This document shows, in pieces, positions 52,972 to 61,527 of a stretch of 64,000 bases of DNA. Origin of the DNA: Alcanivoracaceae bacterium (GTDB lineage: Bacteria; Pseudomonadota; Gammaproteobacteria; Pseudomonadales; Alcanivoracaceae); contig DAHVSB010000001.1 in NCBI GenBank assembly GCA_027324795.1, positions 4,264 to 68,263 of the forward strand, written 5' to 3'. A model generated the notes under the pieces. That model was not told the DNA's origin, did no database searches, and saw only the letters and a list, made by a program, of their open reading frames with translations. Position 1 is the first letter of the stretch, and each line of letters opens with the position of its first letter. Made by a program: the position numbers and the translations under genes.

Positions 52972-53607
52972 TTATGTATCGACTGTTACTCCAAATAGCA
53001 TCTGGGATAACAAGCGCACATGATTCAATAGTCGTTGATGACTGAATTTTTCTGGTGCCTCAAGCCGTAAGCGTAGAACATTTTCTGCCACAGCGCGTAT
53101 ACTCTCAGCACCCAGTTCAACATCCTCACTAATTATCACTGAAGTACCCTGCAACACCGCGTTCTTTAAGCTCTCACCCAAGTATGCTTGCACCATGGAT
53201 TGCGTTTCTTTTAATCGATCATGCAATGTATCGGGGCTACCTTCTGGAGGCATTAAAAATAAACGCCAAGCAGCTGGGTTTGCGTCAACTCCTTTAAGCA
53301 AGTCTGCAATGACCGCTACGAACTGCTCTACTCCACCACCAGCGTGTTCCGAGGTGGAACGAAGATAAACCGCTAGCTCCGCCGCAAACTCACGTTCAAT
53401 TAGCGCAGTAAATACGCCTGTTAAATCACCAAATTGCTGATAAATTAATGTCCGCGTTATGCCCGCCTCCTCTGCCAATCGTTTCATGGTAACAGCCAAA
53501 AAACCATCTTTAGCCACTATTCCCTTGGCCACATCTAAAATTTGCTCGCGGCGATCAGATGATGACATTCGTTGTTGCGTTGAAGGGGATACTGCCCGAT
53601 TGAACAT
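52972..53607 (-). CDS. TetR/AcrR-family transcriptional regulator
   Basis: 211 aa. HTH TMKRLAEEAGITRTLIYQQFGD. Heads the ligase/beta-oxidation operon and is divergent from the monooxygenase. Confidence 0.85.
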   Translation of the reverse strand: MFNRAVSPSTQQRMSSSDRREQILDVAKGIVAKDGFLAVTMKRLAEEAGITRTLIYQQFGDLTGVFTALIEREFAAELAVYLRSTSEHAGGGVEQFVAVIADLLKGVDANPAAWRLFLMPPEGSPDTLHDRLKETQSMVQAYLGESLKNAVLQGTSVIISEDVELGAESIRAVAENVLRLRLEAPEKFSHQRLLNHVRLLSQMLFGVTVDT

Positions 53608-53674
53608 AGTTTTATCACTTCCTCTCAGTATTTAGACATAAAAAAACTTGCGCTCTTTTATGTTTGGCTATAAC

Positions 53675-53702
53675 TTACACTTTGAAAGTTACACTTTGCA
53701 AG
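53675..53702. promoter_or_regulatory. 2 x 14-bp direct repeat with internal half-palindromes (candidate TetR operator)
   Basis: ttacactttgaaag + ttacactttgcaag. actttgaaagt is palindromic. It lies in the tetR/monooxygenase divergent promoter region. Confidence 0.35.
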
Positions 53703-53741
53703 TTGTTTCAGTGTTTTTATCTAAAAAAACCGGAGACTAAA

Positions 53742-55247
53742 ATGACAGAGACAAAAAAAACTACAAGCGCTCCAGAACCACCACACAAAATCAAACATCA
53801 CCCCATTGTTATTGTTGGTGCTGGCTTTGGTGGTATCGGCTTAGCAATCAAACTACGTCAAGCCGGCATTAAAGACTTTACTATTTTGGAAAGATTCAAC
53901 GACATTGGCGGCACATGGGCACGTAATACCTATCCAGGTGCTGCTTGCGATGTGCCCTCAACTCTGTATAGCTACTCCTTCGAGCCCAACCCAAACTGGA
54001 GCAAAAAGTTTGGAACACAACCAGAAATTCATGCTTACATCAAAAACAGCGCACAAAAATATAATATCTCTCAACACATTCAACTAAACACTGAGGTATT
54101 ATCAGCTAGATTTAATGAAGAAAAAAATACATGGGAGATAAAAACAAATCATGGCTCAATCAGCGCCAATATCTTTATTACCGCTGCAGGCCCTTTTGCT
54201 GAGGCCTCTTATCCAGATATCAAAGGCCTACAAGAGACAAAGCTGCCAATTATCCACAGCCTGCACTGGAAACATGACTATGACTTCAACGACAAACGCG
54301 TTGCTGTTATCGGAACGGGTGCTTCTGCGGTTCAAATTATCCCTGAAATACAGCCTTTAGCCAAAAGTCTCACTGTATTTCAGCGTACACCTCCTTGGAT
54401 TCTTCCACGCCTAGACCGCAACATAAGTCGCCCAGAGAAATTTATTTATCGTCGTTTTCCTATCGCACAAAAACTCTCAAGAGCAAGCTGGTACATGATG
54501 ATAGAGTCTTTTGGATTAGTGGGTTTCGTAAATACCAGTTTTGGAAAAATATTTGAAACTTTAGGACACTATCAACTTAAGCGTCAGGTGCCTGATCCTA
54601 AGCTACGCAAAAAACTAACACCTAAATACACTATTGGCTGCAAGCGCGCTATTTTCTCAGACAACTACTATCCCGCCATTATAAAACCTAACGTCAAGCT
54701 CGTTACAGAGCCCATAAAGCAGATCAAATCTCATAGCTTAATAACAGATAATGGCGCTGAATATCCTGTTGACGTCATCATTACGGCAACTGGTTTTCAG
54801 CAGTTAGCGCGCTTAAGTCATAACATCACAGGCACTCACGGCAAGACCATTGCTGAGGTCTACTCTGAGCGCCCCCAAAGCTATCTAGGTGTAGCCAATG
54901 CTAACTTCCCTAATATGTTTACTATTCTTGGCCCCTTCTCTGCTGCAGGCAATCAATCCGGCCTATTTATGATTGAAAACGAAGTGACTTATATTGTTGA
55001 TGCAATTAAACGCTTACGTAAAAGCTCCATTACTCGATTTGAGATAAAACCTGAAGTTCAAGATGCATTTGTTGACGAAATGCATGCTCGCTCACAAAAA
55101 GGTGCCTGGCTCGGAGGTGGTTGTAAAAGCTATTACACCAATGAAAAAGGTGAAAATGCTGGACTTTATCCAAACTGGTCCTTCACCTATCGGTGGCGCA
55201 CATCTCGTTGGGATCGCAAAAATTATTTGCTAAAAAAAACAGGATAA
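53742..55247 (+). CDS. FAD/NADPH-dependent flavin monooxygenase, Baeyer-Villiger-type (EthA/AlmA-like)
   Basis: ATG 53742 with GGAG upstream. GAGFGGIG FAD fold, GGTWARNTYPGAACDVPS, second Rossmann VAVIGTGASAVQ, DVIITATGF. The BVMO fingerprint is only partly matched (HSLHW). Confidence 0.85.
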   Translation: MTETKKTTSAPEPPHKIKHHPIVIVGAGFGGIGLAIKLRQAGIKDFTILERFNDIGGTWARNTYPGAACDVPSTLYSYSFEPNPNWSKKFGTQPEIHAYIKNSAQKYNISQHIQLNTEVLSARFNEEKNTWEIKTNHGSISANIFITAAGPFAEASYPDIKGLQETKLPIIHSLHWKHDYDFNDKRVAVIGTGASAVQIIPEIQPLAKSLTVFQRTPPWILPRLDRNISRPEKFIYRRFPIAQKLSRASWYMMIESFGLVGFVNTSFGKIFETLGHYQLKRQVPDPKLRKKLTPKYTIGCKRAIFSDNYYPAIIKPNVKLVTEPIKQIKSHSLITDNGAEYPVDVIITATGFQQLARLSHNITGTHGKTIAEVYSERPQSYLGVANANFPNMFTILGPFSAAGNQSGLFMIENEVTYIVDAIKRLRKSSITRFEIKPEVQDAFVDEMHARSQKGAWLGGGCKSYYTNEKGENAGLYPNWSFTYRWRTSRWDRKNYLLKKTG

Positions 55248-55251
55248 AGTC

Positions 55252-56154
55252 ATGCTATCACGATTATTACAATGGCATTCTAAAGCCAAGCAACCTTTCT
55301 CCTTAAGAGAAAAAGTGGCAGTCATCACCGGTGGTGCAAATGGAATTGGCTGGCAAACCGCTCAACTTCTGTATGCACAAGGCAGTAAAGTTGCCATCAT
55401 TGATCGCGACGAATTAGCGTCTCAAGCTGCTGCTAAAAAGCTTGGAATCAACGCGCTTTCAATCTGCGCTGATGTCACAGATCGCGAAGCAATGCAAAGA
55501 GCTATAGAGCAGGCAATTAAACACTTTGGCAAAGTGGACTTAGTGATTGCTAATGCTGGAATCACGCCTCCTCCAGCAACTTTACGCACTAGCTCTCTTG
55601 CTGATTTTGATCAAGTTATGTCGGTAAATGTAACTGGTGTATTAAACACTATTTATCCCGCCATAGAGTCACTTATTGCGGAGCGCGGCCATATACTTGT
55701 AGTAGCTTCCTGCGCTGCATTCTGCCCCCCTATCGCAGGTGCCGCCTACATGATTAGCAAAGCTGCCGCAGAACAACTAGCAAGAGCATTCAAACTCGAA
55801 CTCTCGACACATGGTGTAACTGTAACCACAGCGTATTTCGGTATTGTAGATACTCAACTCGCTAGGGCCACGTTAGACCATAACTCTGTTGGAGAGGCTC
55901 TCCACCAACGTTTACCTCACTTGTTAAAAAGTAGACTTACTCCAACAAGGGCTGCAGAAATATTAGTTACCGCTGTTAAACGAAGAGCAACCACAGTAGT
56001 GGCTCCTGCAGGATGGCTTCCTTATGCCTGGCTGCGTGGTCTAGCTAATCCAGTTTTCGACAAATGCATTGCTAATGACACATCTCTGCACAAGCTATTG
56101 GAGGATGTAGAGCAACACAGCCTCAAAAATCGCCACAGTAACACTTCAATATAA
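55252..56154 (+). CDS. short-chain dehydrogenase/reductase
   Basis: 300 aa. VAVITGGANGIG, NAG, YMISKAA (YxxxK). 4-nt gap after the monooxygenase. Confidence 0.9.
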   Translation: MLSRLLQWHSKAKQPFSLREKVAVITGGANGIGWQTAQLLYAQGSKVAIIDRDELASQAAAKKLGINALSICADVTDREAMQRAIEQAIKHFGKVDLVIANAGITPPPATLRTSSLADFDQVMSVNVTGVLNTIYPAIESLIAERGHILVVASCAAFCPPIAGAAYMISKAAAEQLARAFKLELSTHGVTVTTAYFGIVDTQLARATLDHNSVGEALHQRLPHLLKSRLTPTRAAEILVTAVKRRATTVVAPAGWLPYAWLRGLANPVFDKCIANDTSLHKLLEDVEQHSLKNRHSNTSI

Positions 56155-56166
56155 ATGGAGAAGAAC

Positions 56167-57051
56167 ATGCTAAACTTTCTCAAAGCAAAAAAAGTTACAC
56201 CACGCTTACGCCGCCCATCAAATGTTAACATCAAGCCACATAAGTTAGACATGAGCTATGAGTCTGGACTGAAGGCAAATTTCTATGCCAACAACCCCTT
56301 TCTTTCAGCTATATTTCACTCACTATCAGCTCAGTTCCCAGCCGGTGAACGCTTTTTAATCGAATCAGTGCGCTTATTCCAAGATAGTATTACAGATGAA
56401 GAGCTTAAAAAAGATGCTCGAGGCTTTATTGGTCAAGAAGCGCACCACGCTAATGAACACGAACAACTCAGTTTAGCGCTTAAAAACAAGGGAATTCCTA
56501 CTGATATGATAGAAAAGCATACAGAGTGGCTGCTGGATAAAATTTGCACCCTTTTATCACCAAAGGATCAAATGGCCGCTACTGCTGCACTCGAACATTT
56601 TACCGCCATGCTTGGCGCCCTAATGCTGTCTAACTCTAGTTTATTTGAAGAGGTACATCCGTCCTTTAGAGCTTTGTTTATTTGGCATGCCATTGAAGAA
56701 TCTGAACATAAAGCGGTCGCTTTTGATGTCTATCAAAACACTATCGGCAGCTATCCAAGGCTCATGGCTGCTTACCTATGGACAAGCAGCCTACTCGTGT
56801 TAACCACCAGCTATTATACAGTCCGCATTATGGTTAAAGACGGCTCTATTTATAATCTAAAAGCAATACTACAAGGTTTGAATTGGATGTTTGGAGTGGG
56901 AAGCAATGGCGGACACTTTCGGCGGATGATACCAGAGTATTTCACGTTCTTCCGACCGAACTATCATCCATGGGAAAAAGATAACAGCCTACAAATTAAT
57001 CACTGGAAAAAAGTGCTTAATGAACTGTTAGAGGAAAAAAAACGAGCCTAG
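56167..57051 (+). CDS. PF10118/COG3687-like 'predicted metal-dependent hydrolase', paralog of 1093-1962
   Basis: The ORF starts at 56155, directly after the SDR stop. The ATG at 56167 has GGAG 6 nt upstream and aligns with the paralog N-terminus. Motifs FPAGERFL, GQEAHHANEH, AALEH, WHAIEESEHKAVAFDV. Confidence 0.75.
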   Translation: MLNFLKAKKVTPRLRRPSNVNIKPHKLDMSYESGLKANFYANNPFLSAIFHSLSAQFPAGERFLIESVRLFQDSITDEELKKDARGFIGQEAHHANEHEQLSLALKNKGIPTDMIEKHTEWLLDKICTLLSPKDQMAATAALEHFTAMLGALMLSNSSLFEEVHPSFRALFIWHAIEESEHKAVAFDVYQNTIGSYPRLMAAYLWTSSLLVLTTSYYTVRIMVKDGSIYNLKAILQGLNWMFGVGSNGGHFRRMIPEYFTFFRPNYHPWEKDNSLQINHWKKVLNELLEEKKRA

Positions 57052-57066
57052 TGCTCGTTTTTAGTT
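57036..57066 (+). terminator. rho-independent terminator overlapping the stop codon
   Basis: aaacgagc / ctagt / gctcgttt followed by a T-rich tract. Confidence 0.75.
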
Positions 57067-57140
57067 TTAATATATGATTTATCTTATTTAGCGTAATGAC
57101 TTATTTTGCGAGCAAAAAGCAGCATAAATCGGATAAAGAC

Positions 57141-57887
57141 TCATCTACCTTCTGGCCAATAGTAGTCCCTTTGTTGCTTCCTATGACCAAATATAGCCGT
57201 ACCAAGCCTAACTTCCGTGGAACCTTCTTCGATAGCAAGTTTGAAGTCCCCACTCATCCCCATCGATAAACGCTCCAAGCTAACGCCTTCAATATTTAAC
57301 GCCTTCAGCTCTATTTGCAGCGCCTTAAGATGTCTAAAACAAGCTCTCACTGCACTCTCATCCTCAGAGTTTACTGCCATTGTCATTAGGCCTTTAATAT
57401 GCAGACGTGGACAAAGCTGCGCTATCTGAGCCACAAAGTCAGCAGCATCTTCTGGTGCTACCCCATACTTACTCGGCTCAGGCGAGGTTTTGATTTGCAC
57501 CAATGCATCAAGATGACGGTTTTCGAGCTCAAGACGACGTTGCAATGTTTTTGCCAAAGACAACCTATCCAAAGATTGTATTTCAGAGGCATAGCGAGCC
57601 ACATAGCGGGCATTATTAGATTGCAAATAACCAATCATCACCCATTGCAGTTCTGGATGAGTAAGCGCTTGTGCTTTATCTCTTAGCTCCTGTGCTTTGT
57701 TCTCACCAAAACGCATCTCGCCTAAACTTAAGGCTTGGGAAATGACTTCCGGGGGAAAAGTTTTGCTAACGGGAAGCAGCGTTATTTCGGCAGGATTTCT
57801 GCCCACGCTGATTGCAGCCTGATTGATTTCTTCGCGGGTAACACGCAAACGCTCTCGCAACTCTTCAGACACGCTAGTTGTCATCAT
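57141..57887 (-). CDS. yggS: YggS-family pyridoxal-phosphate homeostasis protein
   Basis: LLPVSKTFP (PLP Lys), FGENKAQE, SMGMSGDF...VRLGTAIFG. ATG 57887 overlaps the upstream TGA (ATGA). Confidence 0.85.
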   Translation of the reverse strand: MMTTSVSEELRERLRVTREEINQAAISVGRNPAEITLLPVSKTFPPEVISQALSLGEMRFGENKAQELRDKAQALTHPELQWVMIGYLQSNNARYVARYASEIQSLDRLSLAKTLQRRLELENRHLDALVQIKTSPEPSKYGVAPEDAADFVAQIAQLCPRLHIKGLMTMAVNSEDESAVRACFRHLKALQIELKALNIEGVSLERLSMGMSGDFKLAIEEGSTEVRLGTAIFGHRKQQRDYYWPEGR

Positions 57888-58219
57888 TCTGCACAATAAA
57901 TTTCGTATAAGGTTTGCATAAGGGGCTTAATAGGACCGTCATTAAGACGATAATAAATGGTTTGTGCCTCTCGGCGAGTTTGCACCAACTCTTCGTTGCG
58001 TAACACAGCAAGATGTTGTGACAAGCTTGATTGCCCCATGCCTAGCAGCTCAACCATTTCGCCCACAGAGAACTCACCTAAAGTTAACTGGCAGAGGATG
58101 AGTAGACGCTTATCACTCGCCAGCGCTTTAAGCAGCTTTGAAGCTTCCACAGCGTGCTGTTGCATGGCTAGCATGGCAGTGTTGTCATCTGATGAAGTTG
58201 TCATAATAGAACTCGACAC
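57884..58219 (-). CDS. ArsR/SmtB-family regulator, HlyU/BigR-like two-Cys type
   Basis: KRLLILCQL...SVGEMVELLGMGQSSLSQHLAVLR...EAQTIYYRL...LYEIYCAE is collinear with HlyU as I recall it. Start uncertain: GTG 58219 has AAGGAG 8 nt upstream; alternatives are 58246 and 58204. Confidence 0.8.
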   Translation of the reverse strand: MSSSIMTTSSDDNTAMLAMQQHAVEASKLLKALASDKRLLILCQLTLGEFSVGEMVELLGMGQSSLSQHLAVLRNEELVQTRREAQTIYYRLNDGPIKPLMQTLYEIYCAE

Positions 58220-58343
58220 AAAATTAGCTCCTTTTGCCAAAAGCACGCCAAAGTGCTAATGGACGCCTTAATAGCGAGCGCTAATATAAACCATTTACGC
58301 CAATATTTCAGGCAAAAACTGATAAATATCAAAATAAATGTAC

Positions 58344-59117
58344 TCAGGTGCGCCCACCTACCAAAGAAAACTCAATGGGTAGAGTGACATCCACCATACC
58401 GCCGTTCTTGGACGTGAGTTCGGCTGGTGGCGGTGGCAGGGGTTGTGCACGTTTAACTAACATCACGGCTTCTCTATCTAAAGCAACCACACCACTTCCT
58501 GTTTCAAGGTCCGCTTGCACCACATTACCATTACCATCAAGTTTAAAGCGCACCACTGGTGTACCCTCTTGACGCATTCTCTGTGCCTGGCGCGGATAAC
58601 GCTTCCGCCTATCCAAGTGGTGCCGCAACTCTTGCTGCCACATACGCTCTGCATCTGCGACTTTTTGACCCATGCCTGCCACTGGAGCTGCCTCGCGCTC
58701 GCTCTCTATGGCTCCTTGCTGCGCTACTTGCTGTTCGCTTTGGGTATCATCCTTGGGTTGCTCTGCTGGTTTTGGCTCTGGCTTGGGTTCAGGCTTTTTC
58801 TTAGGCTGAGGTGGTTCTGGCTTTTTTTCAAGCACTACCTCTGCAGGCTCCTCGGGCAGTTCAGGCTCTATTTCTGGCTCTGGCTCAGGCTCTGGTTCTG
58901 CTTCGTCGACAGTTTCCTCAGCGGCTTGTGGCGCCATGGCAAACATCGCTATTTCCAGAGCAGGAGGCGCTGGCGGAGGCGAATCCACTTTATGTGACCA
59001 AATAAAAGGAGCTGCAATAGCCATATGGAGTAACAAAGCCACCAGCACCGCAGCAATGCGTAGGAGGTGGCGCTTAAGCAGGCCATTACGTTGATAAACA
59101 CCTGCCAATGGCGTCAT
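58344..59117 (-). CDS. tonB: energy transducer TonB
   Basis: 257 aa. N-terminal TM, EP/KP proline-rich spacer, C-terminal YPRQAQRMRQEGTPVVRFKLDGNGNV. Confidence 0.9.
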   Translation of the reverse strand: MTPLAGVYQRNGLLKRHLLRIAAVLVALLLHMAIAAPFIWSHKVDSPPPAPPALEIAMFAMAPQAAEETVDEAEPEPEPEPEIEPELPEEPAEVVLEKKPEPPQPKKKPEPKPEPKPAEQPKDDTQSEQQVAQQGAIESEREAAPVAGMGQKVADAERMWQQELRHHLDRRKRYPRQAQRMRQEGTPVVRFKLDGNGNVVQADLETGSGVVALDREAVMLVKRAQPLPPPPAELTSKNGGMVDVTLPIEFSLVGGRT

Positions 59118-59548
59118 TGAGTAGCCCCCTGCGGCCCTGCTTCCATGCCTATTAATGCCACTTTCAAATAGCCAGCACCGCTGAGCGCATTCATTACTTC
59201 CATAATGTCGCCATAGGAAACTGCTTTATCAGCGCGCAATAAAATTCGCTGCTGTTTATCCTCTGCAACGGCATTCAAAGCACCCCCCAACCCCTTTAAC
59301 TCAACGGGCTCACCCTCCCCAACAATCAAGCTCAAGTCTTTTTGCAAGGTAAGATAAAGTGGGTCTTGAGGTGCTGGCTGAGGCTGCGCTGTGGAGCTCG
59401 GCAAATCCACTGGGACACTCACGGTGGCAAGTGGAGCCGCCACCATAAAAATAATCAATAGCACCAACATCACATCAATGAAAGGCACCACGTTAATTTC
59501 ATGATTAACAGGTAAGTCTTGTGTGGCTTTCGGTAATTGCAGAGCCAT
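59114..59548 (-). CDS. exbD: biopolymer transport protein ExbD
   Basis: 144 aa. INVVPFIDVMLVLLIIFMV TM motif with the conserved Asp. Overlaps the tonB start by 4 nt. Confidence 0.9.
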   Translation of the reverse strand: MALQLPKATQDLPVNHEINVVPFIDVMLVLLIIFMVAAPLATVSVPVDLPSSTAQPQPAPQDPLYLTLQKDLSLIVGEGEPVELKGLGGALNAVAEDKQQRILLRADKAVSYGDIMEVMNALSGAGYLKVALIGMEAGPQGATQ

Positions 59549-59550
59549 AA

Positions 59551-60435
59551 TTACCTCTCTTCACCGGCAGCCATCGGTTGCTCCACATCGCGACTTACCA
59601 AAATCAATAGGCTTGCCACAATATCAGAAAGGTCGGCGCGATACGCTGCCACTGTTTTTGAGAAATGATTATAAAAAACAACCGCAGGAATAGCGGCAAC
59701 AAGCCCCATGGCAGTGGCCAATAGCGCTTCTGCAATTCCAGGGGCTACCACTGCCAAATTGGTGGTTTGGCTTTCAGCGATACCAATAAAACTGCCCATA
59801 ATCCCCCAAACAGTACCAAACAAACCCACAAAAGGAGCCACGGCCCCCGTGGTGGCCAAAACACCCACACCTCTTTGTGAGGCTTGGGCGGCTGAGTCAT
59901 GCACTCTCTCTAAGCGCGCGCTCACTCGCTCTTTAATCCCTTCTGGCGAGGTGTTCTCTGAAAGCTCCAATTCTAAGTTCGTCGCTTCTAATAAGGCTAA
60001 GCTGGCCCCTTTAAAAGCATGGCTCGCCACATTCGCTTCAGCCAAGTTTCTCGCTGCCACTAGCTCGTTGAGCGCCTGCTGAGCTCGACCTCGGGTAAGG
60101 CGAAGCTGAACCGTTTTAAATGCCCAAACACTCCAAGTAGCCACAGAAGCAAGCAACAACAAAATCATGACAGCTTTAACAACATTGTCCGCTGACTGGT
60201 ACATTCCCCATGGAGACAAGTCCTGTGGCGGTTGCGCATCGGCTTGTTGGGTTTCGGAAATCGTCGGTAAAGGTTCAATATTGTCTAGCGGCGCAACACC
60301 TTCGTTTGGGGCTTGTTCAGCTTCTGTGACTTCTGCAGTTACTGTTTGCTCTACTGCGTTGTTAACTTCTTGCTCTGCGTACACTGGTAGGCTTAACAGT
60401 AACGCTAGCAAACCACATGAGGTTAACTTCTTCAT
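59551..60435 (-). CDS. exbB: MotA/TolQ/ExbB proton-channel protein, long form with signal peptide and acidic N-terminal extension
   Basis: 294 aa. MKKLTSCGLLALLLSLPVYA signal peptide, then the ExbB core (GLFGTVWGIM, APGIAEALLATAMGL). Confidence 0.9.
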   Translation of the reverse strand: MKKLTSCGLLALLLSLPVYAEQEVNNAVEQTVTAEVTEAEQAPNEGVAPLDNIEPLPTISETQQADAQPPQDLSPWGMYQSADNVVKAVMILLLLASVATWSVWAFKTVQLRLTRGRAQQALNELVAARNLAEANVASHAFKGASLALLEATNLELELSENTSPEGIKERVSARLERVHDSAAQASQRGVGVLATTGAVAPFVGLFGTVWGIMGSFIGIAESQTTNLAVVAPGIAEALLATAMGLVAAIPAVVFYNHFSKTVAAYRADLSDIVASLLILVSRDVEQPMAAGEER

Positions 60436-60483
60436 CTATTCATCACCTTAATTTTCTCTCTGCAAACAGTGAACCACAAGACA

Positions 60484-60496
60484 AATGAGACTCATT
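60484..60496. promoter_or_regulatory. Fur-box-like palindrome upstream of exbB
   Basis: aatgag-a-ctcatt is a perfect 6-1-6 palindrome 49-61 nt upstream of the exbB ATG. Only about 11/19 match to GATAATGATAATCATTATC when extended. Confidence 0.35.
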
Positions 60497-60511
60497 CACA
60501 TACAGAGGTTG

Positions 60512-60536
60512 ACAAAAGGGCCACGCTTGCGTGGCC
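60512..60536 (-). terminator. terminator candidate downstream of bfr
   Basis: ggccac / gcttgc / gtggcc, followed on the minus strand by CTTTTGT (weak T-run). Confidence 0.5.
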
Positions 60537-60565
60537 GATTCTCTTGGCTATATAGCCTTTAACGC

Positions 60566-61045
60566 TTACTCGTCAGCGGTTTCCATCTGAGTCTGTAAGT
60601 AGTTTTCTAGCCCGACTTGCTCAATCAAACTTAGCTGAGTTTCTAGCCAGTCGATATGCTCTTCTTCATCTTCAAGAATACGATTGAACAAATCACGGCT
60701 AATGTAATCCTGTATAGATTCGCAGTACGCAATGGCTTCCCGTAACAAGGGCACCGCTTGGTACTCTAACTGCAAATCGCACTCCAGCATTTCCTTGGTA
60801 TGTTCACCAATACGCAATTTACCCAAATCCTGTAGGTTAGGGATTCCTTCCAAAAACAAAATGCGTTGAATCAAATCATCCGCATGTTCCATCTCTTCGA
60901 TGGATTCTTTGTATTCCTTGTCAGCAAGCTTTTTTAGTCCCCAGTCTTTGTACATACGCGCATGCAAAAAATACTGGTTTATGGCAACAAGCTCATTGCC
61001 CAACGCTTCATTCAAATACTGGATTACTTTTTTATCACCACGCAT
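60566..61045 (-). CDS. bfr: bacterioferritin
   Basis: ATG 61045 (AGGAG upstream) gives [43 protein letters not shown] region carries the heme-ligand Met and ferroxidase residues. About 159 aa. Confidence 0.95.
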   Translation of the reverse strand: MRGDKKVIQYLNEALGNELVAINQYFLHARMYKDWGLKKLADKEYKESIEEMEHADDLIQRILFLEGIPNLQDLGKLRIGEHTKEMLECDLQLEYQAVPLLREAIAYCESIQDYISRDLFNRILEDEEEHIDWLETQLSLIEQVGLENYLQTQMETADE

Positions 61046-61137
61046 GGCTTGGCTCCTTAATGTCGTTGGTTTTGCTACCAAGACATAGTACACACTCGCG
61101 TTTTTTTCGTCAGTGTTCCATGATAAATATCAAGCAA

Positions 61138-61371
61138 TTATGCTGGCTGTGGCGACCACCAAACTGGGATTCTCCAATCTGGAGAAGTGTTAGAAACAGG
61201 TTCCGTAGAGATTTTTGCTTCATTCAATACTTCAAGAGCATGGCTTGCACATTTACCGCACTGGTTGGTAACCCCTAGCTCGCGGCGTAAATCACGCATA
61301 CGGTGACACCCCTTCTGTACTGCTTCTTTAATGTGAGTGTCAGTTACACCGTTGCACAAACACACATACAT
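61138..61371 (-). CDS. bfd: bacterioferritin-associated ferredoxin ([2Fe-2S])
   Basis: 77 aa. MYVCLCNGVT ... NQCGKC four-Cys pattern. Immediately upstream of bfr. Confidence 0.9.
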   Translation of the reverse strand: MYVCLCNGVTDTHIKEAVQKGCHRMRDLRRELGVTNQCGKCASHALEVLNEAKISTEPVSNTSPDWRIPVWWSPQPA

Positions 61372-61408
61372 GGCTTGCTCCTAGCAAATGAGTTGCGAGA
61401 ACAATAAC

Positions 61409-61427
61409 GCCAATGAGAACCATTATC
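61409..61427. promoter_or_regulatory. Fur box upstream of bfd
   Basis: gccaatgagaaccattatc matches GATAATGATAATCATTATC at 15/19 positions. It lies 38 nt upstream of the bfd ATG. Confidence 0.65.
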
Positions 61428-61474
61428 AAGAACTTCAGTGAAGATATTTCATCTTGTAGGGCAATCTGCGCGCA

Positions 61475-61510
61475 TAAAAAAGCCCTTGCCTAATTATTTA
61501 GGCAAGGGCT
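61475..61510 (-). terminator. rho-independent terminator after ccmE
   Basis: agcccttgcc / 10-nt loop / ggcaagggct, followed on the minus strand by TTTTTTA. Confidence 0.85.
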
Positions 61511-61527
61511 TGATAACACGAAGGGGG

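Noticed and set aside
58515-58997. 160-aa and 81-aa plus-strand ORFs antisense to tonB.
   Set aside because: They mirror the Pro/Glu/Lys-rich spacer of TonB and have a Leu/Trp/Phe-rich nonsense composition. TonB on the minus strand is unambiguous.
61115-61140. Possible second Fur box (gataaatatcaagcaatta) between bfd and bfr.
   Set aside because: Only about 10/19 positions match the consensus and it overlaps the bfd stop codon. This is too weak to call.
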